From the NCBI GenBank assembly GCA_964016885.1, contig OZ024740.1, positions 421,848,001 through 421,912,000 of the forward strand: a stretch of DNA of 64,000 nt. Direction: 5' to 3'. Below the pieces are notes generated by a model. That model was not told where the DNA came from, ran no database searches, and was given only the letters and a program-made list of their open reading frames with translations. The position numbers and the translations under genes are program-made. This DNA comes from Eledone cirrhosa. Its lineage: Eukaryota. This document shows, in pieces, positions 46,758-61,700 of this stretch; positions within the stretch are counted from its first letter, which is position 1, and each line of letters begins with the position of its first letter.

Positions 46758-49700
46758 CAGGTCACTGGTCTAAGGGTTCTATTGCTGGAGATATGATCAG
46801 GTACTGGTTGAGGGGTTCTATTGTTGGAGATATGATCAGGTACTGGTTGAGGGATTCTATTGCTGGAGATATGATCAGGTACTGGTTGAGGGGTTCTATA
46901 GCTGGAGATGTGATCAGGTACTGGTCTAGGGGTTTTATAGCTGGAGATATGATCAGGTAGTGGTTGAGGGGTTCTATTGCTGGAGATATGATCAGGTACT
47001 GGTTGAGGGGTTCTATAGCTGGAGATATGGTCAAGTACTGGTTGAGGGGTTCTATTGCTGGAGATATGATCAGGTACTGGTCTAGGGGTTCTATAGCTGG
47101 AGATATGATCAGGTAGTGGTTGAGGGGTTCTATTGCTGGAGATATGATCAGGTACTGGTTGAGGGGTTCTATAGCTGGAGATATGGTCAAGTACTGGTTG
47201 AGGGGTTCTATTGCTGGAGATATGATCAGGTACTGGTCTAGGGGTTCTATAGCTGGAGATATGATCAGGTACTGGTTGAGGGGTTCTAATGCTGGAGATA
47301 TGGTCAGGTACTGGTTGAGGGGTTCTATAGCTGGAGATATGGTCAGATACTGGTCTAGGAATTCTATTGCTGGAGATATCAGCTACTGGTCTAGGGGTTC
47401 TATTGCTGGAGATATGGTCAGGTACTGGTTGAGGGGTTCTATTGCTGGAGATATGGTCAGGTACTGGTTGAGGGGTTCTATTGCTGGAGATATGGTCAGG
47501 TACTGGTTGAGGGGTTCTATTGCTGGAGATATGATCAGGTACTGGTCTAGGGGTTCTATTGTTGGAGATATGTTCAGGTACTGTTTGAGAGGTTCTATTG
47601 CTGGAGATATGATCAGGTACTGGTCGAGGGGTTCTATTGCTGGAGATATGGTCAGGTACTGGTTGAGGGGTTCTATTACTGGAGATATGGTCAGGTACTG
47701 GTTGAGGGGTTCTATTACTGCAGATATGGTCAGGTACTGGTTGAGGGGTTCTATAGCTGGAAATATGGTCAGGTACTGGTCTAGGGGTTCTATTGCTGGA
47801 GATATGATCAGGTACTGCTTGAGGGGTTCTACTGCTGGAGATATGACCTGGTACTGGTTGAGAGGTTCTATTGCTGGAGATATGATCAAGTACTGGTCTA
47901 GGGGTTCTATAGCTGGAGATATGGTCAGGTACTGGTTGAGGGGTTCTATTACTGGAGATATGGTCAGGTACTGGTTGAGGGGTTCTATTGCTGGAGATAT
48001 GATCAGGTACTGGTTGAGGGGTTCTATTACTGGAGATATGGTCAGGTACTGGTTGAGGGGTTCCAATGCTGGAAATATGGTCAGGTACTGGTCTAGGGGT
48101 TCTATTGCTGGAGATATGATCAGGTACTGGTCTAGGTGTTCTATTGCTGGAGATATGATCAGGTACTGCTTGAGGGGTTCTATTTCTGGAGATATGACCT
48201 GGTACTGGTTGAGGGGTTCTATTACTGGAGATATGATCAGGTACTGGTCTAGGGGTTCTATAGCTGAAGATATGGTCAGGTACTGGTTGAGGGGTTCTAT
48301 TGCTAGAGATATGGTCAGGTACTGGTCTAGGGGTTCTATTGCTGGAGATATGATCAGGTACTGGTTGAGGGGTTCTATTGCTGGAGATATGGTCAGGTAC
48401 TGGTCTAGGGGTTATATTGCTGGAGATATGATCAGGTACTGGTCGAGGGGTTCTATAGCTGGAGATATGATCAGGTACTGGTTGAGGGGTTCTATTACTG
48501 GAGATATGGTCAAGTACTGGTTGAGGGGTTCTATTGCTGGAGATATGATCAGGTACTGGTCTAGGGGTTCTATAGCTGGAGATATGATCAGGTAGTGGTT
48601 GAGGGGTTCTATTGCTGGAGATATGATCAGGTACTGGTTGAGGGGTTCTATAGCTGGAGATATGGTCAAGTACTGGTTGAGGGGTTCTATTGCTGGAGAT
48701 ATGATCAGGTACTGGTCTAGGGGTTCTATAGCTGGAGATATGATCAGGTACTGGTTGAGGGGTTCTAATGCTGGAGATATGGTCAGGTACTGGTTGAGGG
48801 GTTCTATAGCTGGAGATATGGTCAGATACTGGTCTAGGAATTCTATTGCTGGAGATATCAGCTACTGGTCTAGGGGTTCTATTGCTGGAGATATGGTCAG
48901 GTACTGGTTGAGGGGTTCTATTGCTGGAGATATGGTCAGGTACTGGTTGAGGGGTTCTATTGCTGGAGATATGGTCAGGTACTGGTTGAGGGGTTCTATT
49001 GCTGGAGATATGATCAGGTACTGGTCTAGGGGTTCTATTGTTGGAGATATGTTCAGGTACTGTTTGAGAGGTTCTATTGCTGGAGATATGATCAGGTACT
49101 GGTCGAGGGGTTCTATTGCTGGAGATATGGTCAGGTACTGGTTGAGGGGTTCTATTGCTGGAAATATGGTCAGGTACTGGTCTAGGGGTTCTATTGCTGG
49201 AGATATGATCAGGTACTGCTTGAGGGGTTCTACTGCTGGAGATATGACCTGGTACTGGTTGAGAGGTTCTATTGCTGGAGATATGATCAAGTACTGGTCT
49301 AGGGGTTCTATAGCTGGAGATATGGTCAGGTACTGGTTGAGGGGTTCTATTACTGGAGATATGGTCAGGTACTGGTTGAGGGGTTCTATTGCTGGAGATA
49401 TGATCAGGTACTGGTTGAGGGGTTCTATTACTGGAGATATGGTCAGGTACTGGTTGAGGGGTTCCAATGCTGGAAATATGGTCAGGTACTGGTCTAGGGG
49501 TTCTATTGCTGGAGATATGATCAGGTACTGGTCTAGGTGTTCTATTGCTGGAGATATGATCAGGTACTGCTTGAGGGGTTCTATTTCTGGAGATATGACC
49601 TGGTACTGGTTGAGGGGTTCTATTACTGGAGATATGATCAGGTACTGGTCTAGGGGTTCTATAGCTGAAGATATGGTCAGGTACTGGTTGAGGGGTTCTA

Positions 49701-52700
49701 TTGCTAGAGATATGGTCAGGTACTGGTCTAGGGGTTCTATTGCTGGAGATATGATCAGGTACTGGTTGAGGGGTTCTATTGCTGGAGATATGGTCAGGTA
49801 CTGGTCTAGGGGTTATATTGCTGGAGATATGATCAGGTACTGGTCGAGGGGTTCTATAGCTGGAGATATGATCAGGTACTGGTTGAGGGGTTCTATTACT
49901 GGAGATATGGTCAGGTATTGGTTGAGGGGTTCTATTGCTGGACATATGGTCAGGTACTTGTCTAGGGGTTCTATTGCTGGAGATATGATCAGGTACTGGT
50001 TGAGGGGTTCTATTGCTGGAGATACAATCAGGTACTGGTCTAGGGGTTCTATAGCTGGAAATATGATCAGGTACTGGTCTAGGGGTTCTATTGCTGGAGA
50101 TATGATCAGGTGCTGGCTGAGGGGTTCTATTGCTGGAGATATGGTCAGGTACTGGTTGAGGCGTTCTATAGCGAGAGATATGGTCAAGTAGTGGTCTAGG
50201 GGAATCTATTGCTGGAGATATGATCAGGTACTGGTCGAGGGGTTCTATTGCTGGAGATATGATGAAGTACTGGTCTAGGGGTTCTATTGCTGGAGATATG
50301 GTCAGGTACTGGGTGAGGAGTTCTATTGGGGGAGATATGACCAGGTACTGGTTGAGAGGTTCTATTGCTGGAGATATGGTCAGGTACTGGTCTAGGGGTT
50401 CTATTGCTGGAGATATTATCAGGTACTGGTTGAGGGGTTCTATTGCTGGAGATATGGTCAGGTACTGCTTGAGGTGTTCTATTGCTGGAGATATGATCAG
50501 GTACTGGTTGAGGGGTTCTATTGCTGGAGATATGATCAGGTACTGGTTGAGGGGTTCTATTGCTGGAGATACGATCAGGTACTGGTCTAGGGGTTCTATA
50601 GCTGGAGATATGATCAGGTACTGGTCTAGGGGTTCTATAGCTGGAGATATGATCAGGTACTGGTCTAGGGGTTCTATTGCTGGAGATATGGTCAGGTACT
50701 GGTCTAGCGGTTCTAATGCTGAAGATATGATCAGGTACTGGTTGAGGGGTTCTATTGCTGGAGATATGATCAGGTACTGGTTGAGGGGTTCTATTGTTGA
50801 AGATATGGTCAGGTACCAGTTGAGGGGTTCTATTGCTGGAGATATGATCAGGTACTGGTCTAGGGGTTCTATAGCTGGAGATATGATCAGGTAGTGGTTG
50901 AGGGGTTCTATTGCTGGAGATATGATCAGGTACTGGTTGAGGGGTTCTATAGCTGGAGATATGGTCAAGTACTGGTTGAGGGGTTCTATTGCTGGAGATA
51001 TGATCAGGTACTGGTCTAGGGGTTCTATAGCTGGAGATATGATCAGGTAGTGGTTGAGGGGTTCTATTGCTGGAGATATGATCAGGTACTGGTTGAGGGG
51101 TTCTATAGCTGGAGATATGGTCAAGTACTGGTTGAGGGGTTCTATTGCTGGAGATATGATCAGGTACTGGTTGAGGGGTTCTATTGTTGAAGATATGGTC
51201 AGGTACCAGTTGAGGGGTTCTATTGCTGGAGATATGATCAGGTACTGGTCTAGGGGTTCTATAGCTGGAGATATGATCAGGTAGTGGTTGAGGGGTTCTA
51301 TTGCTGGAGATATGATCAGGTACTGGTTGAGGGGTTCTATAGCTGGAGATATGGTCAAGTACTGGTTGAGGGGTTCTATTGCTGGAGATATGATCAGGTA
51401 CTGGTCTAGGGGTTCTATAGCTGGAGATATGATCAGGTACTGGTTGAGGGGGTTCTATTGCTGGAGATATGGTCAGATACTGGTCTAGGAATTCTATTGC
51501 TGGAGATATCAGCTACTGGTCTAGGGGTTCTATTGCTGGAGATATGGTCAGGTACTGGTTGAGGGGTTCTATTGCTGGAGATATGGTCAGGTACTGGTTG
51601 AGGGGTTCTATTGCTGGAGATATGGTCAGGTACTGGTTGAGGGGTTCTATTGCTGGAGATATGATCAGGTACTGGTCTAGGGGTTCTATTGTTGGAGATA
51701 TGTTCAGGTACTGGTTGAGGGGTTCTATTACTGGAGATATGGTCAGGTACTGGTTGAGGGGTTCTATTACTGCAGATATGGTCAGGTACTGGTCTAGGGG
51801 TTCTATTGCTGGAGATATGGTCAGGTACTGGTTGAGGGGTTCTATTACTGGAGATATGGTCAGGTACTGGTTGATGGGTTCTATTACTGCAGATATGGTC
51901 AGGTACTGGTTGAGGGGTTCTATTACTGCAGATATGGTCAGGTACTGGTTGAGGGGTTCTATTGCTGGAGATATGGTCAGGTACTGGTTGAGGGGTTCTA
52001 TTGCTGGAGATATGATCAGGTACTGGTCGAAGGGTTCTATTGCTGGAGATATGGTCAGGTACTGGTTGAGGGGTTCTATTACTGGAGATATGGTCAGGTA
52101 CTGGTTGAGGTGTTCTATTACTGCAGATATGGTCAGGTACTGGTTGAGGGGTTCTATTACTGGAGATATGGTCAGGTACTGGTTGAGGGGTTCTATTACT
52201 GCAGATATGGTCAGGTACTGGTTGAGGGGTTCTATTGCTGGAGATATGATCAGGTACTGGTCGAGGGGTTCTATTGCTGGAGATATGGTCAGGTACTGGT
52301 TGAGGGGTTCTATTACTGGAGATATGGTCAGGTACTGGTTGAGGGGTTCTATTACTGCAGATATGGTCAGGTACTGGTTGAGGGGTTCTATTGCTGGAAA
52401 TATGGTCAGGTACTGGTCTAGGGGTTCTATTGCTGGAGATATGATCAGGTACTGCTTGAGGGGTTCTACTGCTGGAGATATGACCTGGTACTGGTTGAGA
52501 GGTTCTATTGCTGGAGATATGATCAAGTACTGGTCTAGGGGTTCTATAGCTGGAGATATGGTCAGGTACTGGTTGAGGGGTTCTATTACTGGAGATATGG
52601 TCAGGTACTGGTTGAGGGGTTCTATTGCTGGAGATATGATCAGGTACTGGTTGAGGGGTTCTATTACTGGAGATATGGTCAGGTACTGGTTGAGGGGTTC

Positions 52701-55700
52701 CAATGCTGGAAATATGGTCAGGTACTGGTCTAGGGGTTCTATTGCTGGAGATATGATCAGGTACTGGTCTAGGTGTTCTATTGCTGGAGATATGATCAGG
52801 TACTGCTTGAGGGGTTCTATTTCTGGAGATATGACCTGGTACTGGTTGAGGGGTTCTATTACTGGAGATATGATCAGGTACTGGTCTAGGGGTTCTATAG
52901 CTGAAGATATGGTCAGGTACTGGTTGAGGGGTTCTATTGCTAGAGATATGGTCAGGTACTGGTCTAGGGGTTCTATTGCTGGAGATATGATCAGGTACTG
53001 GTTGAGGGGTTCTATTGCTGGAGATATGGTCAGGTACTGGTCTAGGGGTTATATTGCTGGAGATATGATCAGGTACTGGTCGAGGGGTTCTATAGCTGGA
53101 GATATGATCAGGTACTGGTTGAGGGGTTCTATTACTGGAGATATGGTCAGGTATTGGTTGAGGGGTTCTATTACTGGAGATATGATCAGGTACTGGTCTA
53201 GGGGTTCTATAGCTGAAGATATGGTCAGGTACTGGTTGAGGGGTTCTATTGCTAGAGATATGGTCAGGTACTGGTCTAGGGGTTCTATTGCTGGAGATAT
53301 GATCAGGTACTGGTTGAGGGGTTCTATTGCTGGAGATACAATCAGGTACTGGTCTAGGGGTTCTATAGCTGGAAATATGATCAGGTACTGGTCTAGGGGT
53401 TCTATTGCTGGAGATATGATCAGGTGCTGGCTGAGGGGTTCTATTGCTGGAGATATGGTCAGGTACTGGTTGAGGCGTTCTATAGCGAGAGATATGGTCA
53501 AGTAGTGGTCTAGGGGAATCTATTGCTGGAGATATGATCAGGTACTGGTCGAGGGGTTCTATTGCTGGAGATATGATGAAGTACTGGTCTAGGGGTTCTA
53601 TTGCTGGAGATATGGTCAGGTACTGGGTGAGGAGTTCTATTGGGGGAGATATGACCAGGTACTGGTTGAGAGGTTCTATTGCTGGAGATATGGTCAGGTA
53701 CTGGTCTAGGGGTTCTATTGCTGGAGATATTATCAGGTACTGGTTGAGGGGTTCTATTGCTGGAGATATGGTCAGGTACTGCTTGAGGTGTTCTATTGCT
53801 GGAGATATGATCAGGTACTGGTTGAGGGGTTCTATTGCTGGAGATATGATCAGGTACTGGTTGAGGGGTTCTATTGCTGGAGATACGATCAGGTACTGGT
53901 CTAGGGGTTCTATAGCTGGAGATATGATCAGGTACTGGTCTAGGGGTTCTATAGCTGGAGATATGATCAGGTACTGGTCTAGGGGTTCTATTGCTGGAGA
54001 TATGGTCAGGTACTGGTCTAGCGGTTCTAATGCTGAAGATATGATCAGGTACTGGTTGAGGGGTTCTATTGCTGGAGATATGATCAGGTACTGGTTGAGG
54101 GGTTCTATTACTGGAGATATGGTCAGGTATTGGTTGAGGGGTTCTATTGCTGGACATATGGTCAGGTACTTGTCTAGGGGTTCTATTGCTGGAGATATGA
54201 TCAGGTACTGGTTGAGGGGTTCTATTGCTGGAGATACAATCAGGTACTGGTCTAGGGGTTCTATAGCTGGAAATATGATCAGGTACTGGTCTAGGTGTTC
54301 TATTGCTGGAGATATGGTCAGGTATTGGTTGAGGGGTTCTATTGCTGGACATATGGTCAGGTACTGGTCTAGGGGTTCTATTGCTGGAGATATGATCAGG
54401 TGCTGGCTGAGGGGTTCTATTGCTGGAGATATGGTCAGGTACTGGTTGAGGCGTTCTATAGCGAGAGATATGGTCAGGTAGTGGTCTAGGGGAATCTATT
54501 GCTGGAGATATGATCAGGTACTGGTCGAGGGGTTCTATTGCTGGAGACATGACCAGGTACTGGTTGTGGGGTTCTATTGCTGGAGATATGGTCAGGTACT
54601 GGTTGAGGGGTTCTATAGCTAGAGATATGGTCAGGTACTGGTTGAGAGGATCTATTGCTGGAGATATGATGAAGTACTGGTCTAGGGGTTCTATTGCTGG
54701 AGATATGGTCAGGTACTGGGTGAGGAGTTCTATTGGGGGAGATATGACCAGGTACTGGTTGAGAGGTTCTATTGCTGGAAATATGGTCAGGTACTGGTCT
54801 AGGAGTTCTATTGCAGGAGATATGGTAAGGTACTGGTCTAGGGGTTCTATTGCTGGAGATATTATCAGGTACTGGTTGAGGGGTTCTATTGCTGGAGATA
54901 TGGTCAGGTACTGCTTGAGGTGTTCTATTGCTGGAGATATGATCAGGTACTGGTTGAGGGGTTCTATTGCTGGAGATATGATCAGGTACTGGTTGAGGGG
55001 TTCTATTGCTGGAGATACGATCAGGTACTGGTCTAGGGGTTCTATAGCTGGAGATATGATCAGGTACTGGTCTAGGGGTTCTATAGCTGGAGATATGATC
55101 AGGTACTGGTCTAGGGGTTCTATTGCTGGAGATATGGTCAGGTACTGGTCTAGCGGTTCTAATGCTGAAGATATGATCAGGTACTGGTTGAGGGGTTCTA
55201 TTGCTGGAGATATGATCAGGTACTGGTTGAGGGGTTCTATTGTTGAAGATATGGTCAGGTACCAGTTGAGGGGTTCTATTGCTGGAGATATGATCAGGTA
55301 CTGGTCTAGGGGTTCTATAGCTGGAGATATGATCAGGTAGTGGTTGAGGGGTTCTATTGCTGGAGATATGATCAGGTACTGGTTGAGGGGTTCTATAGCT
55401 GGAGATATGGTCAAGTACTGGTTGAGGGGTTCTATTGCTGGAGATATGATCAGGTACTGGTCTAGGGGTTCTATAGCTGGAGATATGATCAGGTACTGGT
55501 TGAGGGGTTCTATTGCTGGAGATATGGTCAGGTACTGGTTGAGGGGTTCTATAGCTGGAGATATGGTCAGATACTGGTCTAGGAATTCTATTGCTGGAGA
55601 TATCAGCTACTGGTCTAGGGGTTCTATTGCTGGAGATATGGTCAGGTACTGGTTGAGGGGTTCTATTGCTGGAGATATGGTCAGGTACTGGTTGAGGGGT

Positions 55701-58700
55701 TCTATTGCTGGAGATATGGTCAGGTACTGGTTGAGGGGTTCTATTGCTGGAGATATGGTCAGGTACTGGTTGAGGGGTTCTATAGCAGGAGATATGATCA
55801 GGTACTGGTCTAGGGGTTCTATTGCTGGAGATATGATCAGGTACTGGTTGAGGGGTTCTATTACTGGAGATATGGTCAGGTACTGGTTGAGGGGTTCTAT
55901 TACTGCAGATATGGTCAGGTACTGGTTGAGGGGTTCTATTGCTGGAAATATGGTCAGGTACTGGTTGAGGGGTTCTATTGCTGGAGATATGGTCAGGTAC
56001 TGGTTGAGGGGTTCTATTGCTGGAGATATGATCAGGTACTGGTTGAGGGGTTCTATTACTGGAGATATGGTCAGGTACTGGTTGAGGGGTTCCAATGCTG
56101 GAAATATGGTCAGGTACTGGTCTAGGGGTTCTATTGCTGGAGATATGGTCAGGTACTGGTTGAGGGGTTCAATTGCTGGAGATATGATCAAGTACTGGTC
56201 TAGGAGTTCTATTGCTGGAGATATGGTCAGGTACTGGTCTAGGGGTTCTATTGCTGTAGATGTGATCAGGTGCTGGCTGAGGAGTTCTATTGCTGGAGAT
56301 ATGGTCAGGTACTGGTTGAGGGGTTCTATTGCTGTAGATATGGTCAGATACTGGTCTAGGAGTTCTATTGCTGGAGATATCAGGTACTGGTCTAGGGGTT
56401 CTATTGCTGGAGATATGGTCAGCTACTGGTCTAGGGGTTCTATAGCTGGAGATATGACCAGGTACTGGTTGCGGGTGTTCTATTGCTGGAGATATCAGGT
56501 ACTGGTCTAGGGGTTCTATTGCTGGAGATATGGTCAGCTACTGGTCTAGGGGTTCTATTGCTAGAGATATGACCAGGTACTGGTTGAGGGGTTTCTATTG
56601 CTGGAGATATCAGGTACTGGTCTAGGGGTTCTATTGCTGGAGATATGGTCAGGTACTGGTCTAGGGGTTCTATTGCTGGAGATATGGTCAGGTACTGGTT
56701 GAGGGGTTCTATTGCTGGAGATATGGTCAGGTACTGGTTGAAGGGTTCTATTGCTGGAGATATGATCAGGTACTGGTTGAGGGTTTCTATTGCTGGAGAT
56801 ATGGTCAGGTACTGGTCTAGGGGTTCTATTGATGGAGATGTGACCAGGTACTGGTCTAGGGGTTCTATTGCTGGAGATATGGTCAAGTAATGGTCTAGGG
56901 GTTCTATAGCTCAAGATATGGTCAGGTACTGGCTGAGGGGTTCTATTGCTGGAGATATAATCAGATACTGGTTGAAGGGTTGTATTGCTGGAGATCTGAT
57001 CAGGTACTGGTTGAGGGGATCTATAGGTGGAGATATGGTCATGTACTGATCTAGGGGTTCTATTGCTGGAGATATGATCAGGTACTGCTCTAGGGGTTCT
57101 ATTGTTGGAGATATGTTCAGGTACTGGTTGAGAGGTTCTATTGCTGGAGATATGACCAGGTACTGGTTGAGGGGTTCTATTGCTGGAGATATGGTCAGGC
57201 ACTGGGCTAGGGGTTCTATTGCTGGAGATATGATCAGGTACTGGTCTAGGGGTTCTATTGCTGGAGATATGGTCAGGTACTGGTCTAGGAGTTCTATTGC
57301 TGGAGATATGGTCAAGTACTGGTCTAGGAGTTCTATTGCTGGAGATATGATCAGGTACTGGTCTAGGAGTTCTATTGCAGGAGATATGATCAGGTACTGG
57401 TTGAGGGGTTCTATTGCTGGAGATATGATCAGGTACTGGGTGAGGGGTTCTATTGCTGGATATATGGTCAGGTACTGGTTGAGGGGTTCTATTGCTGGAG
57501 ATATGGTCAGGTACTGGTTGAGGGGTTCTATTGCTGGAGATATGGTCAGGTAATGGTCTAGGGGTTCTATTGCTGGAGATATGGTTAGGTACTGGTTGAG
57601 GGGTTCTATTGCTGGAGATATGATTAGGTACTGGTTGAGGGGTTCTATTGCTGGAGATATGGTCAGGTACTGGTTGAGGGGTTCTATTGCTGGAGATATG
57701 ATCAGGTACTGGTTGAGGGGTTCTATTGCTGGAGATATGATCAGGTACTGGTTGAGGGGTACTATTGCTGGAGATATGGTCAGGTACTGGTTTATGGGTT
57801 CCATAGCTGGAGATATGATCATGTACTGGTCTAGGGGTTCTATTGCTGGAGATATGACCAGATACTGGTTGAGAGGTTCTATTGCTGGAGATATGGTCAA
57901 GTACTGGTCTAGGGGTTCTATAGCTGAAGATATGGTCAGGTACTGGTCTAGGGGTTCTATAGCTGGGGATATGATCAGGTACTGGTCTAGGAGTTCTATT
58001 GCTGGAGATGTGGTCAGGTACTGGTTGAGGGGTTCTATTGCTGTAGATATGACCAGGTACTGGTTGCGGGGGTTCTATTGCTGGAGATATCAGGTACTGG
58101 TCTAGTGGTTCTATTGCTGGAGATATGGTCAGCTACTGGTCTAGGGGTTCTATTGCTAGAGATATGACCAGGTACTGGTTGCGGGGGTTCTATTGCTGGA
58201 GATATCAGGTACTGGTCTAGGGGTTCTATTGTTGGAGATATGGTCAGGTACTGGTCTAGGGGTTCTATTGATGGAGATGTGACCAGGTACTGGTCTAGGG
58301 GTTCTATTGCTGGAGATATGGTCAAGTACTGGTCTAGGGGTTCTATAGCTGAAGATATGGTCAGGTACTGGTCTAGGGGTTCTATTGCTGGAGATATGAT
58401 CAGGTACTGGTCTAGGAGTTCTATTGCTGGAGATATGATCAGGTACTGGTTGAGAGGTTCTATTGCTGGAGATATGGTCAGGTACTGGTTGAGGGGTTCT
58501 ATTGCTGGAGATATGGTCAGGTACTGGTTGAGGGTTTCTATTGCTGGAGATATGACCAGGTACTGGTTGAGGGGTTCTATTGCTGGAGATATGGTCAGGT
58601 ACTGGTTGAGGGGTTCTATTGCTGGAGATATGGTCAGGTAATGGTCTAGGGGTTCTATTTCTGGAGATATGGTCAGGTACTGGGTGAGGGGTTCTATTGC

Positions 58701-61700
58701 TGGAGATATGGTCAGGTACTGGTTGAGGGGTTCTATTGCTGGAGATATCAGGTACTGGTCTAGGGGTTCTATTGCTGGAGATATGGTCAGCTACTGGTCT
58801 AGGGGTTCTATTGCTGGAGATATGGTCAGGTACTGGTTGAGGGGTTCTATTGCTGGAGATATGGTCAGGTACTGGTTGAGGGGTTTCTATTGCTGGAGAT
58901 ATCAGGTACTGGTCTAGGGGTTCTATTGCTGGAGATATGGTCAGGTACTGGTCTAGGGGTTCTATAGCTGGAGATATGGTCAGGTGCTGGTCTAGGGGTT
59001 CTATTACTGGAGATATGGTCAGGTGCTGGTTGAGGGGTTCTATTACTGGAGATATGGTCAGGTACTGGTTGAGGGGTTCTATTGCTGGAGATATGATCAG
59101 ATACTGGTCGAGGGGTTCTATAGATGGAGGTATGGTCAGGTACTGGTTGAGGGGTTCTATTGCTGGAGAAATGATCAGGTACTGGTCGAGGGGTTCTATA
59201 GCTTGAGATATGGACAGGTACTGGTCTAGGGGTTCTATTGCTGGAGATATGATCAGGTACTGGTTGAGGGGTTCTATTGCTGGAGATATGGTCAGGTACT
59301 GGTTGAGGGGTGCTATTCCTGGAGATATGGTCAGATACTGGTCTAGGGGTTCTATTGCTGGAGATATGTTTAGGTACTGGTTGAGGGGTTCCATTGCTGG
59401 AGATATGGTCAGGTACTGGTCTAGGGGTTCTATTGCTGGAGATATGTTTAGGTACTGGTTGAAAGGTTCTATTGCTGGAGATATGATCAAATACTGGTCT
59501 AGGGGTTCTATAACTGTAGATATGGTCAGGTACTTGTTGAGGGGTTCTATTGCTGGAGACAAGATCATGTACTGGTTGAGGGGTTCTATTGCTGGAGATA
59601 TGATCAGGTACTGGTCTAGGGGTTCTATTGCTGAAGATATGAACAGGTACTGGTCTAGGAGTTCTATTGCTGGATATATGATCAGGTACTGTTGAGGGGT
59701 TCTGTTGCTGGAGATATGACCAGGTACTGGTCTAGGGGTTATATTGCTGAAGATATGGTCAGGTACTGGTTGAGGGGTTCTATTGCTGGAGATATGATCA
59801 GGTACTGGTTGAGGGGTACTATTGCTGGAGATATGGTCAGGTACTGGTTTATGGGTTCTATAGCTGGAGATATGATCATGTACTCGTCTAGGGGTTCTAT
59901 TGCTGGAGATATGACCAGATACTGGTTGAGGTTCTATTGCTGGAGATATGGTCAACTACTGGTCTAGGAGTTCTATTGCTGGAGATATGACCAGATACTG
60001 GTTGAGGTTCTATTGCAGGAGATATGGTCAGGTACTGGTCTAGGGGTTCTATTGCTAGAGATATGACCAGGTACTGGTTGAGGGGGTTCTATTGCTGGAG
60101 ATATCAGGTACTGGTCTACGGGTTCTATTGCTGGAGATATGATCAGGTACTGGTCTAGGGGTTATATTGCTGAAGATATGGTCAGGTACTGGTTGAGGGG
60201 TTCTATTGCTGGAGATATGATCAGGTACTGGTTGAGGGGTACTATTGCTGGAGATATGGTCAGGTACTGGTTTATGGGTTCTATAGCTGGAGATATGATC
60301 ATGTACTGGTCTAGGGGTTCTATTGCTGGAGATAAGACCAGATACTGGTTGAGAGGTTCTATTGCTGGAGATATGATGAAGCACTGGTCTAGGGGTTCTA
60401 TTGCTGAAGATATGATCAGGTACTGGTTGAGGGGTTCTATTGCTGGAGATATGATCAGGTACTGGTTGAGGGGTTCTATTGCTGGAGATATGGTCAGGTA
60501 CTGGTTGAGGGGTTCTATTGCTGGAGATATGGTCAGGTACTGGTCTAGGGGTTCTATTGCTGGAGATATGGTCAGGTACTGGTTGAGGGGTTCTATTGCT
60601 GGAGATATGATTAGGTACTGGTTGAGGGGTTCTATTGCTGGAGATATGATCAGGTACTGGTCTAGGGGTTCTATTGCTGGAGATGTGATCAGGTGCTGGC
60701 TGAGGAGTTCTATTGCTGGAGATATGGTCAGGTACTGGTTGAGGGGTTCTATTGCTGTAGATATGGTCAGATACTGGTCTAGGAGTTCTATTGCTGGAGA
60801 TATCAGGTACTGGTCTAGGGGTTCTATTGCTGGAGATATGGTCAGCTACTGGTCTAGGGGTTCTATTGCTGGAGATATGATCAGGTACTGCTCTAGGGGT
60901 TCTATTGTTGGAGATATGTTCAGGTACTGGTTGAGAGGTTCTATTGCTGGAGGTATGATCAGGTACCGGTTGAGGGGTTCTATTGCTGGAGATATGGTCA
61001 GGTACTGGGCTAGGGGTTCTATTGCTGGAGATATGATCAGGTACTGGTCTAGGCGTTCTATTGCTGGAGATATGGTCAGGTACTGGTCTAGGAGTTCTAT
61101 TGCTGGAGATATGATCAGGTACTGGTCTAGGAGTTCTATTGCTGGAGATATGATCAGGTACTGGTTGAGGGGTTCTATTGCTGGAGATATGGGCAGGTAC
61201 TGGGTGAGGGGTTCTATTGCTGGAGATATGGTCAGGTACTGGTTGAGGGGTTCTATTGCTGGAGATATGGTCAGGTACTGGTTGAGGGGTTCTATTGCTG
61301 GAGATATGGTCAGGTACTGGTCTAGGGATTCTATTGCTGGAGATATGGTCAGGTACTGGTTGAGGGGTTCTATTGCTGGAGATATGATTAGGTACTGGTT
61401 GAGGGATTCTATTGCTGGAGATATGGTCAGATACTGGTCTAGGAGCTCTATTGCTGGAGATATCAGGTACAGGTCTAGGGGTTCTATTGCTGGAGATATG
61501 GTCAGCTACTGGTCTAGGGGTTCTATTGCTGGAGATATGACCAGGTACTGGTTGAGGGGGTTCCATTGCTGGAGATATCAGGTACTGGTTTAGAGGTTCT
61601 ATTGCTGGAGATATGGTCAGCTACTGGTCTAGGTGTTCTATTGCTGGAGATATGACCAGGTACTGGTTGAGGGGGTTCTATTGCTGGAGATATGGTCAGG

